From NCBI GenBank assembly GCA_965228645.1, contig OZ245827.1:1911694-1935693 (forward strand): a DNA stretch of 24,000 nt, given 5' to 3'. This DNA comes from Phycisphaerales bacterium. Lineage in GTDB: Bacteria; Planctomycetota; Phycisphaerae; Phycisphaerales; UBA1924. The translations under genes were made by a program, and so were the position numbers. Positions 6,508 through 14,670 of this stretch are shown in pieces. The notes under the pieces are model-generated. The model was not told where the DNA came from and did not search any database. It saw nothing but the letters and a program-made list of their open reading frames with translations. Within the stretch, counting starts at the first letter, position 1. Every line of letters starts with the position of its first letter.

Positions 6508-8433
6508 TCACTCCACGGCGCCAGCCAGCTCGTCGCCCTTGGTTTCCTCGATGATGTCGGGCTCGACACCGAGGTATTCCAGAGACCGCTCGAGCACGCG
6601 GCGCGCCACGGGCGCTGCGACCCAGGAGCCGTAGTGCTGGCGTTTGCGGATGCGCTCGGGCCCCGGGTCGTCGATCACGACCACGATCGTGAGCCTTGGG
6701 TGATCAAACGGCGCACCGGCGAGGAAGCTCGAGTTGTACTGTCCTTCGTAGTAGCCCACGCGCGCCAGTGGGTACTTGAATCCCTTGGGCGCGGGCCCGA
6801 CGGGCACGTCCGCGGTGCCGGACTTGCCGAACATCGTGTACTTCCAGCCCGCCTCACCGGTTGTCAGCTTCAGGTTCGCCTCGGCCTTGGCCGCGACCTC
6901 GACGAGCGCTCCGCGCACCAGGTGCGAGACGCGCTCACCGAACACGCGCTTGGCGATCCTGGGTTCGTCCTCGGACACACCCGTCAATCGCAGATCCACG
7001 AGCGTGCCCGCGTACTCGCCCTCGCGCGCAAAGGCGCCGAACGCCCGCAGGATCTGCACGGGCGTCACGCCCACCTCGTGACCGAACGCGATCGACGTTT
7101 GTGTGTACTTGCTCCAGTCTTTGGCGGACGTGACCGCCCCCGCAGACTCCGTGCTCAGCCCGATCCGAGTGGGCCTGCCAAAGCCGAGATCGAGCACCTT
7201 CTCGCGGACCTCGAGGAATCCGAGTCGCTCGGTCGCCTTGATCATGCCGATGTTGGAGCTGTTGACGAGCACCTCGCGCCACGTCATCTCGTGGCGCCGT
7301 GTGACATCCTCGATGCGGCGCCCATAGCCCGTGCGCCAGACGCCGCCCTCGGTATTGAAAGATTCGGCTGGATCGGCCTTGCCCGACTCGGTGATCAGCG
7401 CCCAGACGAACGGCTTAAAGCTCGAGCCCGGCTCGTAGAGATGCTCCACGCACCGGTTCTTGGCCAGTGCCGGGTGCACGCCGAGGTTCTTGTCATCCGG
7501 GATCGTGTCGTACCGACCCACGGGCAACTGGTACCCGGGCTGGCGCTTCTGATCCTCGGGAATCAGCGGGATCTCGAGCAGCCCCGGGATCTCGCGCACG
7601 AGGTCAACGATCGCCAGGATCTCGCCTGTCGCCGGGTCTGCCATCACCAGCCGACCGCCCGCGGCGTCGGCTTCCATGATCCCCCGGTTGAGTTCCTCCA
7701 CCGCGATGCGCTGGAGCTCCAGATCGAGCGACATCCGCACATCGTTGCCCGGCTCGGCCGGCTTCCACGTCCCCGGCTCGATCCAGAGCGGGCGGCGCGA
7801 CGCGTCGCGCACGTACGCGCCCTCGCCCCGCTCACCCGTCAGCGTCTTGTTGAACGCGTACTCGAACCCGAGGAGCCCAGAGTGCTCGACACCCACCAGC
7901 CCGAGCAGATTGGCAAGCTGCTCCATCGCCGGGTACTCGCGGACGGGCACGTCCTCGAGATACACACCCGGGAGCTTGAGCTGACGCACGCTGGCAGCCA
8001 GATCCGGCTCGATCGGATCACCGATCGACACATACTGCACCAGCTTTGGTTTCTCACCGGTTTCCGCGGCCAAGGCGCGCGCCGCCTCGTTGGCCGCCAT
8101 CCGTGAAACAATCCGCTGCCCGACCTCGCCTGGGTCGAGCCCGAGCGTCTCGGCGAGCTTGACGACTGACTCGCCTGTTTCATCAACGAAGCGCGTCGGG
8201 TCCACAAAGACACGATTGGCAAAGCGGGTCGCCGCGATCACGCGACCCCGGCGATCGAAGATCTCGCCCCGCACGGGCTCCTCGAACCGCACGCTCTGGC
8301 GCAGCCCGACGTTCCCGGTCAGCCTCTCATCGGGCTCGAGCTGGAGCTGAGCCACCCGACCGATCACGCCCAGGAAAACCAGGACACACAGCCCGAGCAG
8401 GAGCTTGCCCACGACCGATACCCGATCATTCAT
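6508..8433 (-). CDS. ftsI: Peptidoglycan D,D-transpeptidase (class B penicillin-binding protein, FtsI-type)
   Basis: 641 aa. It has an N-terminal TM anchor (LLLGLCVLVFLGVIG) and the three transpeptidase motifs: SxxK (GSSFKPF), SxN (NSSNIG) and KSG (GKSGTA). It sits immediately downstream of the ftsL-like gene and rsmH, and its start overlaps the ftsL-like stop by 8 nt. Confidence 0.92.
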   Translation of the reverse strand: MNDRVSVVGKLLLGLCVLVFLGVIGRVAQLQLEPDERLTGNVGLRQSVRFEEPVRGEIFDRRGRVIAATRFANRVFVDPTRFVDETGESVVKLAETLGLDPGEVGQRIVSRMAANEAARALAAETGEKPKLVQYVSIGDPIEPDLAASVRQLKLPGVYLEDVPVREYPAMEQLANLLGLVGVEHSGLLGFEYAFNKTLTGERGEGAYVRDASRRPLWIEPGTWKPAEPGNDVRMSLDLELQRIAVEELNRGIMEADAAGGRLVMADPATGEILAIVDLVREIPGLLEIPLIPEDQKRQPGYQLPVGRYDTIPDDKNLGVHPALAKNRCVEHLYEPGSSFKPFVWALITESGKADPAESFNTEGGVWRTGYGRRIEDVTRRHEMTWREVLVNSSNIGMIKATERLGFLEVREKVLDLGFGRPTRIGLSTESAGAVTSAKDWSKYTQTSIAFGHEVGVTPVQILRAFGAFAREGEYAGTLVDLRLTGVSEDEPRIAKRVFGERVSHLVRGALVEVAAKAEANLKLTTGEAGWKYTMFGKSGTADVPVGPAPKGFKYPLARVGYYEGQYNSSFLAGAPFDHPRLTIVVVIDDPGPERIRKRQHYGSWVAAPVARRVLERSLEYLGVEPDIIEETKGDELAGAVE

Positions 8434-8701
8434 CGCCAGGGGTCTCCATCGGCGCTTCGATCACCCCGATCTGTTCGGGCGTGATCAGCATCGAGATCTC
8501 GGACCGCAGACGCCACAGTTCCTTGTCCTGCTGGGTCTGGCGGAGCCTGGCCGCGGATTGTTCATGAAAGGCCTGAAGCCGGAGCTGCCTGTATGACAGC
8601 AGCGAGAGCGAGATCACGCCGAGGCCGACGATCAGCACCGCGAGGCGGCTCGTCAGGCTCACGCCTGAGGCTGGGCCCTGCGTGTGATCGGCGCCTGTCA
8701 T
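8426..8701 (-). CDS. ftsL: FtsL-like small bitopic cell-division protein
   Basis: 91 aa. It has one TM helix (LAVLIVGLGVISLSLLSY) followed by a heptad/coiled-coil segment (RQLRLQAFHEQSAARLRQTQQDKELWRLRSEISML). It occupies the canonical position directly upstream of ftsI. The call rests on architecture and synteny, not sequence identity. Confidence 0.55.
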   Translation of the reverse strand: MTGADHTQGPASGVSLTSRLAVLIVGLGVISLSLLSYRQLRLQAFHEQSAARLRQTQQDKELWRLRSEISMLITPEQIGVIEAPMETPGDE

Positions 8702-9771
8702 GCCCGCTGCCCGCGCGGATAGCGCAGCTTCATCCCGACTCGGATGTCATCGGCGTCCTGGATCTGATCCTTGTTGAGCTCGATCAGCTCGTTCATGCGC
8801 CGGATCGTGCCCATCAGCTCCTGAGAGATCTCGCTGAGCGTGTCGCCCTTCTTGATCGTGTACGAGCCGTAGGCGCTGGTCGATTCCTGCGAAGGAGCCC
8901 TGCTCGTCTGCGTCTGTGCCGCAGCCTGGGGGCGGGTCTGCGCCGGAGCCTGGACCGGAGCCCGGGCGATCACGGTGCCCTCGCGCTGGGGGATCACGAG
9001 ACGGGCGCCCTCAAAGACACGCCCCTCCTCGTCGGCAGCCGACTTGTTCGCCTTGAGCAGCTCGGGCCAGAGATCCCCGTTGCCGTAGTACTTGGCCGAG
9101 ATGCCATAGAGCGTCTCGCCCTCGGCGACCATGTGCGTGATCTGCTTGACGGGCGGGGTCTGCTGGAGCGCCGGGCGCTGCTCGCCAGAAGACTGGAGCT
9201 TCCGGGCCAGCTGCTCTGCGGTGGGTGTGATCGGGTTGTTCGCAGTCGGGCGCCCGTACCCCTCGACCGGTTCGAACATGGATAGATCGAGCGGGCTCGC
9301 CTGTGCCGTCCGCCTGACTTCGACAATACTGCCCTCGTTCGAATCGATGCCCATCGCGCGATCGACAGGGTCCGAAACCTTGGGCATCAGATTGGCGACA
9401 CCGATGTCCTCGCGGGGCTGCTGCTGGTTCATCCCTGGCAGCGACTGCTGCATGGCAAGGCGGGTGCCGGGCCCCGGATCGATCTGCACCGCGTCACGAC
9501 CGGCTATCGGCAAACCCGATTCGCCGATGCCCGGAGGCACGTCCGCAAGCCGATTCACAACCATCGGCTGATCGATGTCCGTGTCGGCGATGATCGTGTC
9601 CGTCCGCGCACGCGAAAGGTGGTCGCTGATCAGCACGCCTACCGCAAGAATCAGGCTGAACCCGATGATGAGGGCGAGTTTCTGTTCGCGTGTCACGGCG
9701 CTTCCCTGCTCAGTAAGGCACGCAACGTGCCCTGGAACAACAACTTCCGTGTCGTTGCCCCGTTTCGTCAA
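8698..9771 (-). CDS. Membrane-anchored protein with two LysM peptidoglycan-binding domains
   Basis: 357 aa from TTG 9771-9769. An alternative GTG at 9696 is preceded by AGGGAAG. The TM helix is LALIIGFSLILAVGVLI. LysM 1 is HMVAEGETLYGISAKYYGNGDLWPELLKANKSAADEEGRVFEGARLVIP. LysM 2 is YTIKKGDTLSEISQELMGTIRRMNELIELNKDQIQDADDIRVGMKLRYP. Its stop overlaps the ftsL-like ATG (ATGA at 8698-8701). Confidence 0.85.
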   Translation of the reverse strand: MTKRGNDTEVVVPGHVACLTEQGSAVTREQKLALIIGFSLILAVGVLISDHLSRARTDTIIADTDIDQPMVVNRLADVPPGIGESGLPIAGRDAVQIDPGPGTRLAMQQSLPGMNQQQPREDIGVANLMPKVSDPVDRAMGIDSNEGSIVEVRRTAQASPLDLSMFEPVEGYGRPTANNPITPTAEQLARKLQSSGEQRPALQQTPPVKQITHMVAEGETLYGISAKYYGNGDLWPELLKANKSAADEEGRVFEGARLVIPQREGTVIARAPVQAPAQTRPQAAAQTQTSRAPSQESTSAYGSYTIKKGDTLSEISQELMGTIRRMNELIELNKDQIQDADDIRVGMKLRYPRGQRA

Positions 9772-9808
9772 TGGAACTCAGGCCCCGGACGCTCCGCCGG
9801 GTACGGGT

Positions 9809-10780
9809 TCATCGGCTTTCGTCCCTGATTTCCCTCAACACTTTGAGCACCCTGAATTTAGCCGAACGGGACCGAGGATTGGCCTCCTGCTCCGCCTCAT
9901 CCGCGATCGCCGGCTTGCGCGTGATCCGCTGGGCCAGACGCTCGCTCGCCAGGGCCACGAACGCTTGCTTGACCGGGCGATCCTCCAGTGAGTGGAAGCT
10001 GATCACCCCCACCCTTGCTCCGGGTGCCAGCCAGCACGCCCGCGCATCCGCAGCGCTCTCGAACTGCTTGGCCGCCCGTTCGACGTAAATCAAAAAAGCT
10101 TCGAGCGCCTCGATCTCTCCGTTGACTGCGATCCGAAGGGCCTGGAAGGTCCGGGTCGCCTGATCGATCCGACGGCGTCCCCTGGGCGGCGGGCCGGCCG
10201 CTCGCCGAACCACCTCGGCAAAGTCCGCGGTCCGCTCGAAGCGTTGTTCCTTGCGCCGGCGCACGATCGCGCCCGCGATCCGGCGTGAGGCCCGCTCCTC
10301 GCCGAACTGATAGATCAGGTCCGCAAGCTCGCCCTCGTCCATCTCATTGACGAGCTGGGCAGCCGTGATCCCCTGCGATCGATCCAGGCGCATATCCAGC
10401 GGGCCATCGTCGCGGAAGGTCAGCCCGCGCTGCGGATCCTCCACCTGATTCGAGGCAAACCCGAGATCGCCCAGGACCATGTCCGCCGAGATCCCAAGCT
10501 CCTCCATCGCGCGCGGCAGGTCCGCAAAGCTCCCGTGGATCGCTCTGATCTGGCCCTCAAACCCGCTCTGCCGCAGGTGCGCCTCAGCCCGCGACAGATT
10601 CCCCGCGTCAAGGTCGTTGAGTATCACGGTCCCGGTCGGACCGAGGCGCTGAGCGATCAGCGCCGCGTGCCCGCCCAGCCCCGCGGTCGCATCGGCGTAC
10701 ACCTCGCCAGCCTGCGGGGCGAGCAGCTCGAGCACCTGTGTCGCCAGCACCGGGATGTGTGTGTGTCCCTCTTCGGTCAT
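9809..10780 (-). CDS. rsmH: 16S rRNA (cytosine1402-N4)-methyltransferase
   Basis: 323 aa. HIPVLATQVLELL..VYADATAGLGGHA...ILNDLD...DLGFASNQVEDPQRGLTFR..GPLDMRL...ISFHSLEDRPVK...NPRSRSAKFRVL is a typical RsmH/MraW over its full length. Confidence 0.95.
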   Translation of the reverse strand: MTEEGHTHIPVLATQVLELLAPQAGEVYADATAGLGGHAALIAQRLGPTGTVILNDLDAGNLSRAEAHLRQSGFEGQIRAIHGSFADLPRAMEELGISADMVLGDLGFASNQVEDPQRGLTFRDDGPLDMRLDRSQGITAAQLVNEMDEGELADLIYQFGEERASRRIAGAIVRRRKEQRFERTADFAEVVRRAAGPPPRGRRRIDQATRTFQALRIAVNGEIEALEAFLIYVERAAKQFESAADARACWLAPGARVGVISFHSLEDRPVKQAFVALASERLAQRITRKPAIADEAEQEANPRSRSAKFRVLKVLREIRDESR

Positions 10781-10822
10781 GCACCCAGCCTACGCGGCCT
10801 GTGCTCTTCCTATCCTCATCGC

Positions 10823-11827
10823 ATGAGAACTCTTGCCATCACCGTCGCCCTGGCTGCCAGCTTCTCGCTCGGGTGCATGCCAAAGTCCATCACCATCCAG
10901 CTGAGCCCAGACCGGGGCAGGGTCAAGCAGCGCGTCGTCCTCCGCGACCAACTGGGCGGCCCGAAGGTCGCCCAGATCGACCTGACCGGCGTCATCACTT
11001 CCGCCCAGACCTCCGCCTTCGGCTCGCCAGCCCTGCTCGACGACATGGCGCTCATGCTCCGGCAAGCCCAGCACGACCCGAGCGTGTGCGCGGTCCTGCT
11101 CCGCATCAACTCCCCGGGGGGCTCGGTCGCTGCCAGCGAGACACTGGCCAACATGATCGAAGACTTCAAACGCCAATCCGGGAAGCCGGTCGTCGCGTCG
11201 ATGGACGAGGTCGCCGCCAGCGGCGGGTACTACACCGCCATCACCGCGGACCGCATCATCGCACAGCCCTCAACGATCACCGGCTCGATCGGCGTCATCG
11301 TCCCAACCATGAACGTCGCAGACGGGCTCGCCCGCATCGGCATCAAGTCACGCTCGGTCACCAGCGGCCCGAACAAGGACATCGCAAACCCACTCCAGCC
11401 CATCAACGAGGCGCACTACACCATACTCCAGGGCATCGTTGACGAGTTCTACGCGGACTTCCGCGCCCGCGTGATCACCGCCAGGCCCAATATTCAGAAT
11501 CCGGACAGCACCCTCGACGGCTCCGTCTACACCGGCCGAAAGGCCCTCGAACTCGGGCTCGTCGATCAGCTCGGCGGCATCCCCGAAGCGTTCGCGGAGG
11601 CCAAGCGCCTCGCGGGCGTCGATTCCGCGATCCTCGTCAAGTACCACCGAGGCGGGCCCGCGCCGCTGACGCCCTACGCCTCGGTCGCTTCCCAACCACT
11701 CCTGCCCGAGCAGCAGAGCACTCTCGGCTCGATCCTCGGCTGGCAGGATCGAATCCGTCAGACCGGCGCCAACGATCCGGGCTTTTATTACCTCTGGCTC
11801 CCGCCCAGTTCGCTCGGGCTCGAGTGA
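10823..11827 (+). CDS. sppA: Signal peptide peptidase SppA (S49 family, 36K type), predicted lipoprotein
   Basis: Starting at ATG 10823 gives MRTLAITVALAASFSLG|C (lipobox). S49 blocks are present: VLLRINSPGGSVAASE, VVASMDEVAASGGYY, TGSIGV and RVITARP...GRKALELGLVDQLGG. The track ORF from 10535 would overlap rsmH and is rejected as an extension. Confidence 0.9.
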   Translation: MRTLAITVALAASFSLGCMPKSITIQLSPDRGRVKQRVVLRDQLGGPKVAQIDLTGVITSAQTSAFGSPALLDDMALMLRQAQHDPSVCAVLLRINSPGGSVAASETLANMIEDFKRQSGKPVVASMDEVAASGGYYTAITADRIIAQPSTITGSIGVIVPTMNVADGLARIGIKSRSVTSGPNKDIANPLQPINEAHYTILQGIVDEFYADFRARVITARPNIQNPDSTLDGSVYTGRKALELGLVDQLGGIPEAFAEAKRLAGVDSAILVKYHRGGPAPLTPYASVASQPLLPEQQSTLGSILGWQDRIRQTGANDPGFYYLWLPPSSLGLE

Positions 11828-12549
11828 GCCGAGGCCCGACGCGCCGACGCCTCGTCCGCCATCGCGCCGAACCGCTCGCCCATGCGCTGCGCCATCAGGG
11901 CCTTGACGTGCTCCATGCTCGGGCACGCCTCGCCCATGAGCCGGCGCAGACTCGTCACGGGCCTCCCGTGCAAGCCGCAGGGCACGATCAGACCAAAGTG
12001 ATCGAGCTGCGGGTCGACATTGAGCGCCAGCCCGTGGAGCGTCGCCCATCGGCGCACACGGACACCGATCGCCGCGATCTTGGCGAGCTCCGTCCCGTCG
12101 CGTGTCCAGACGCCCGTGGCGCCCTCGTCGCGCTGGCTCTGAACACCGAGATCCGCGAGCACTCCGATGATGATCTCCTCGAGTGCGCGAAGGTATTCGA
12201 TGATCCGGCAGTTCAGGCGATTGAGGTCGACGATCGGGTATACCACGAGCTGTCCCGGGCCGTGATAGGTCACATCGCCCCCACGGTCGGTTTCCTCGAG
12301 CGAGACGCCGTGCATCGCCAGCAGTTCGGGCGTTGCGATGACATGCTCGCTCACGCCGGGTCTGCGGGTGACCGTGATCACAGGGTCATGCTCGACAAAG
12401 AGCACCCGCCCGATCGAGTCGCCCTCTTCGCTGCGTCCCTCGAGAATGGCGCCGTGTCGTGCGTTCTGGATGCCGTACGCCTCGGCATACGACTTCCGCC
12501 CGAGATCCTCGATGATCAGTCGAACCTGCACGTGGGATGGTAGTTCCAT
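11788..12549 (-). CDS. lipB: Octanoyltransferase (lipoyl(octanoyl) transferase)
   Basis: YAEAYGIQ...VLFVEHDPVITVTRR...TDRGGDVTYHGPGQLVVYPI...KIAAIGVRVRRWATLHGLALNV...IVPCGL is characteristic of LipB. The start is taken at ATG 12549 (MELPSHVQVRLII..). A GTG at 12612 is the longest alternative. The 3' end overlaps sppA by 40 nt. Confidence 0.92.
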   Translation of the reverse strand: MELPSHVQVRLIIEDLGRKSYAEAYGIQNARHGAILEGRSEEGDSIGRVLFVEHDPVITVTRRPGVSEHVIATPELLAMHGVSLEETDRGGDVTYHGPGQLVVYPIVDLNRLNCRIIEYLRALEEIIIGVLADLGVQSQRDEGATGVWTRDGTELAKIAAIGVRVRRWATLHGLALNVDPQLDHFGLIVPCGLHGRPVTSLRRLMGEACPSMEHVKALMAQRMGERFGAMADEASARRASAHSSPSELGGSQR

Positions 12550-12615
12550 ATCCCCGTCCGATCCCCTACCATGCACCCATGCACCCAAGGCTCCATCTTG
12601 CGCAGGAATCACAGC

Positions 12616-13467
12616 ATGCCTGAGCCGGCAAAGCCCCTCAAGCTCTGCGTCCTGGCCAGCGGCTCGTCGGGCAACTGCTCCCTGCTCACGTACGGCCAGG
12701 GGCTGACCACCCGCGCGTGCCTCATCGACGCGGGGCTCTCACCGCGCAGAACGCGCACCTTCCTCGCAGACCTAGGCCTCCGATTCGACCAGCTCGATCA
12801 CATCCTCGTCACACACTTCGATCGCGATCACTTCCATCTGGGCTGGCAGGCGGCCCGCCTTGATCACATCCGCATCCACGCCCACGCGGGGCACTCCCCT
12901 TCGGCGCACAACACCGGAGTTCGCCCGAGACACTTCTCGTTCTTCAGCGAGCCCTTCACGCTCTGGGATTCGCTCAGCGTTGGCTTTGCACGCCTGGCGC
13001 ACGACAGCCAGGGCGTGACCGCCTTCCGCATCGAGAACGAGCTCGGTTCGCTCGGGTACGCCACTGACCTGGGTCGCCCGGCGCCCGAGCTCATCCGCTC
13101 GCTCCACGGCGTGGGAACGCTGGCCATCGAGAGCAACTACTGCCCCCAAATGCAGCTCGCATCCAGCAGGCCCGCGTTCCTGAAGAAGCGCATCATGGGC
13201 GGCGCGGGGCACCTGTCCAACCAGGAATCCGCCCTGGCGGTCCGCGATATCGCACCCGCAGCCCATGTCGTGCTCCTGCACCTCTCGCGTCAGTGCAACC
13301 GCCCGGCGATCGCGACCACCGAGCACGCCGGCACCGAGTGCGAGGTCATCGTTTCGGGGCAGTTCGAGCACACGCCCTGGATCGATGTCGCGCCCGCGCG
13401 AGCCGCGGCGCTGCCCGAGCCGGAGCCCGCGCAGCCCTCACTCTTCGCTGCGACCGCGTATCGATGA
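12616..13467 (+). CDS. MBL-fold metallo-hydrolase (YycJ/WalJ-like)
   Basis: Starting at ATG 12616: MPEPAKPLKLCVLASGSSGNCSLL..ACLIDAGLS...HILVTHFDRDH...YATDLG...LAIESNY...RIMGGAGHLSNQESA. The order and spacing of these blocks match the YycJ-type beta-lactamase fold. The metal motif is HFDRDH rather than HxHxDH. Confidence 0.85.
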   Translation: MPEPAKPLKLCVLASGSSGNCSLLTYGQGLTTRACLIDAGLSPRRTRTFLADLGLRFDQLDHILVTHFDRDHFHLGWQAARLDHIRIHAHAGHSPSAHNTGVRPRHFSFFSEPFTLWDSLSVGFARLAHDSQGVTAFRIENELGSLGYATDLGRPAPELIRSLHGVGTLAIESNYCPQMQLASSRPAFLKKRIMGGAGHLSNQESALAVRDIAPAAHVVLLHLSRQCNRPAIATTEHAGTECEVIVSGQFEHTPWIDVAPARAAALPEPEPAQPSLFAATAYR

Positions 13468-14249
13468 GCGAGCACGCCCACCAGCACGAGCCCGAGCGGC
13501 GCATCTGGCCGACGCAGCACTCGTCCTCGGCCAGCCAGCTGAGCCGGGCCTCGATCGGGCTGCGCCGGATGATGCGCCGGATCGTCGGATCGGGCTCGGT
13601 CACCACACCCGATGGCTGTCGGTATCGACCGGTCGGGCATCACTCGCTGACGCGCTCGCTCTCGAAGCGCGGCCCGGGATACAAGGACTACGACGTCCTG
13701 TTCCCCTCGGGCGAGCAGCTTCGCATCCGCGTCGAACCCCATCGCGTCTTTGCAGACCTGACGGGCTCACGATTCGCATTCGAGCAGGAAATGCTGGGCG
13801 GGCGGATCAGGCCTGGGAGTCGGGCTCTGATCATCAACGCGGGCACAGGCGATACCGCCCACTGGCTTTCGAACGAAGTCGGTCCCTCGGGCGCGGTTGT
13901 TTCCATCGAAGCCGACGATCCAAGCGCCCAGTTTGCCAGACTCAGGTATCCCGGGGACTCCATCTCGCACGAGCATGGCGACGGATCGCTCCTCTCCAGC
14001 GAGCCCAACGAGGCATTCGAGTTTGTCCTCGCCCCGCGAGCATTCGACCCGAACCAGGATCAGATCGATCTATCGCCTCTGTGTCGCCTGGTCGCGCCGG
14101 GGGGCTCGATCGCGGTCAGCACCGCCTCGGGCTCGGCGCTCGCCTCTGGGCTGTCAGAACGCCTGGCCTCGTGTCTGGAGCAGGATTCAAAGGTCCAACT
14201 GCTCGAACGCGCGGGCATTACCCTCGCCCTCGCTGCCAGGGCGAACTAG
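13464..14249 (+). CDS. Class I SAM-dependent methyltransferase (substrate unknown)
   Basis: ATG 13464 overlaps the MBL gene stop (ATGA). The Gly-rich SAM motif I is ALIINAGTGDTAHWL, followed by VVSIEAD (motif II acidic residue) and LVAPGGSIAV. The track ORF start at 13293 lies inside the MBL gene and is rejected. Confidence 0.7.
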   Translation: MSEHAHQHEPERRIWPTQHSSSASQLSRASIGLRRMMRRIVGSGSVTTPDGCRYRPVGHHSLTRSLSKRGPGYKDYDVLFPSGEQLRIRVEPHRVFADLTGSRFAFEQEMLGGRIRPGSRALIINAGTGDTAHWLSNEVGPSGAVVSIEADDPSAQFARLRYPGDSISHEHGDGSLLSSEPNEAFEFVLAPRAFDPNQDQIDLSPLCRLVAPGGSIAVSTASGSALASGLSERLASCLEQDSKVQLLERAGITLALAARAN

Positions 14250-14261
14250 GCTTGCCCAGAC

Positions 14262-14663
14262 ATGACACAAACCAACGACCCCGATATCACTACCCAGAAA
14301 CCCAGGCAGCGCGAGCAGGCCCGCACCTTTGCGGTCGAGGCGGCTCGATGCCTGAAGGACACCCAGTGCTCCGATGTGGTGGTGCTCGACCTCAAGGGGC
14401 AGAGCCCAGTGGCTGAGCTCCTGGTCATCGCAACGGGCACGTCTGACCGCCAGATGAAGAGCGCCGCAGACGATGTCTCCGAATTGGCGTCCAAGACCGG
14501 TCATGCGCTGATCCGCCAGGCTGCGGACACACGGCACACCTGGATCGTTTCCGACTTCGGCGACGTGGTCATGCACATATTCGAGCCCGACGCACGCGAC
14601 TACTACGACCTTGAACGCCTCTGGGGCGCTGCGGAGAAAATCAGCTGGGCACGCGAGGAGTAA
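14262..14663 (+). CDS. rsfS: Ribosomal silencing factor RsfS (Iojap family)
   Basis: 133 aa. DVVVLDLKGQSPVAELLVIATGTSDRQMKSAADDV...WIVSDFGDVVMHIFEPDARDYYDLERLW is the canonical RsfS/DUF143 pattern. Confidence 0.9.
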   Translation: MTQTNDPDITTQKPRQREQARTFAVEAARCLKDTQCSDVVVLDLKGQSPVAELLVIATGTSDRQMKSAADDVSELASKTGHALIRQAADTRHTWIVSDFGDVVMHIFEPDARDYYDLERLWGAAEKISWAREE

Positions 14664-14670
14664 GCGAGCC

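Noticed and set aside
6505-6510. Abutting convergent stop codons forming TGATCA
   Set aside because: The observation is real, but it probably just reflects genome compaction. It is noted under the lipoprotein finding rather than as a separate feature.
6634-8106. 490-aa ORF antisense to ftsI
   Set aside because: Same reasoning. The ftsI frame carries the SxxK, SxN and KSG motifs, and the antisense product is low-complexity Arg/Leu/Asp/His.
10535-10822. N-terminal extensions of track ORFs: sppA from 10535, aroB from 14611, ParA-like from 15626, methyltransferase from 13293, MBL from 12571, the hypothetical from 21507, and the small protein from 705
   Set aside because: Each extension overlaps the preceding gene or an opposite-strand gene and adds junk-like sequence. 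The internal starts give proper signal peptides or motif spacing, and most have an SD.
12571-12586. Tandem duplication ATGCACCC-ATGCACCC in the lipB/MBL divergent region
   Set aside because: There are only two 8-nt copies, which is too short to distinguish from chance or a slippage remnant. No function can be argued.
13265-14416. 383-aa plus-strand ORF spanning the MBL 3' end, the methyltransferase and the rsfS 5' end
   Set aside because: It is an alternative frame with an Arg/Pro/Ser-rich product. It crosses three better-supported genes.
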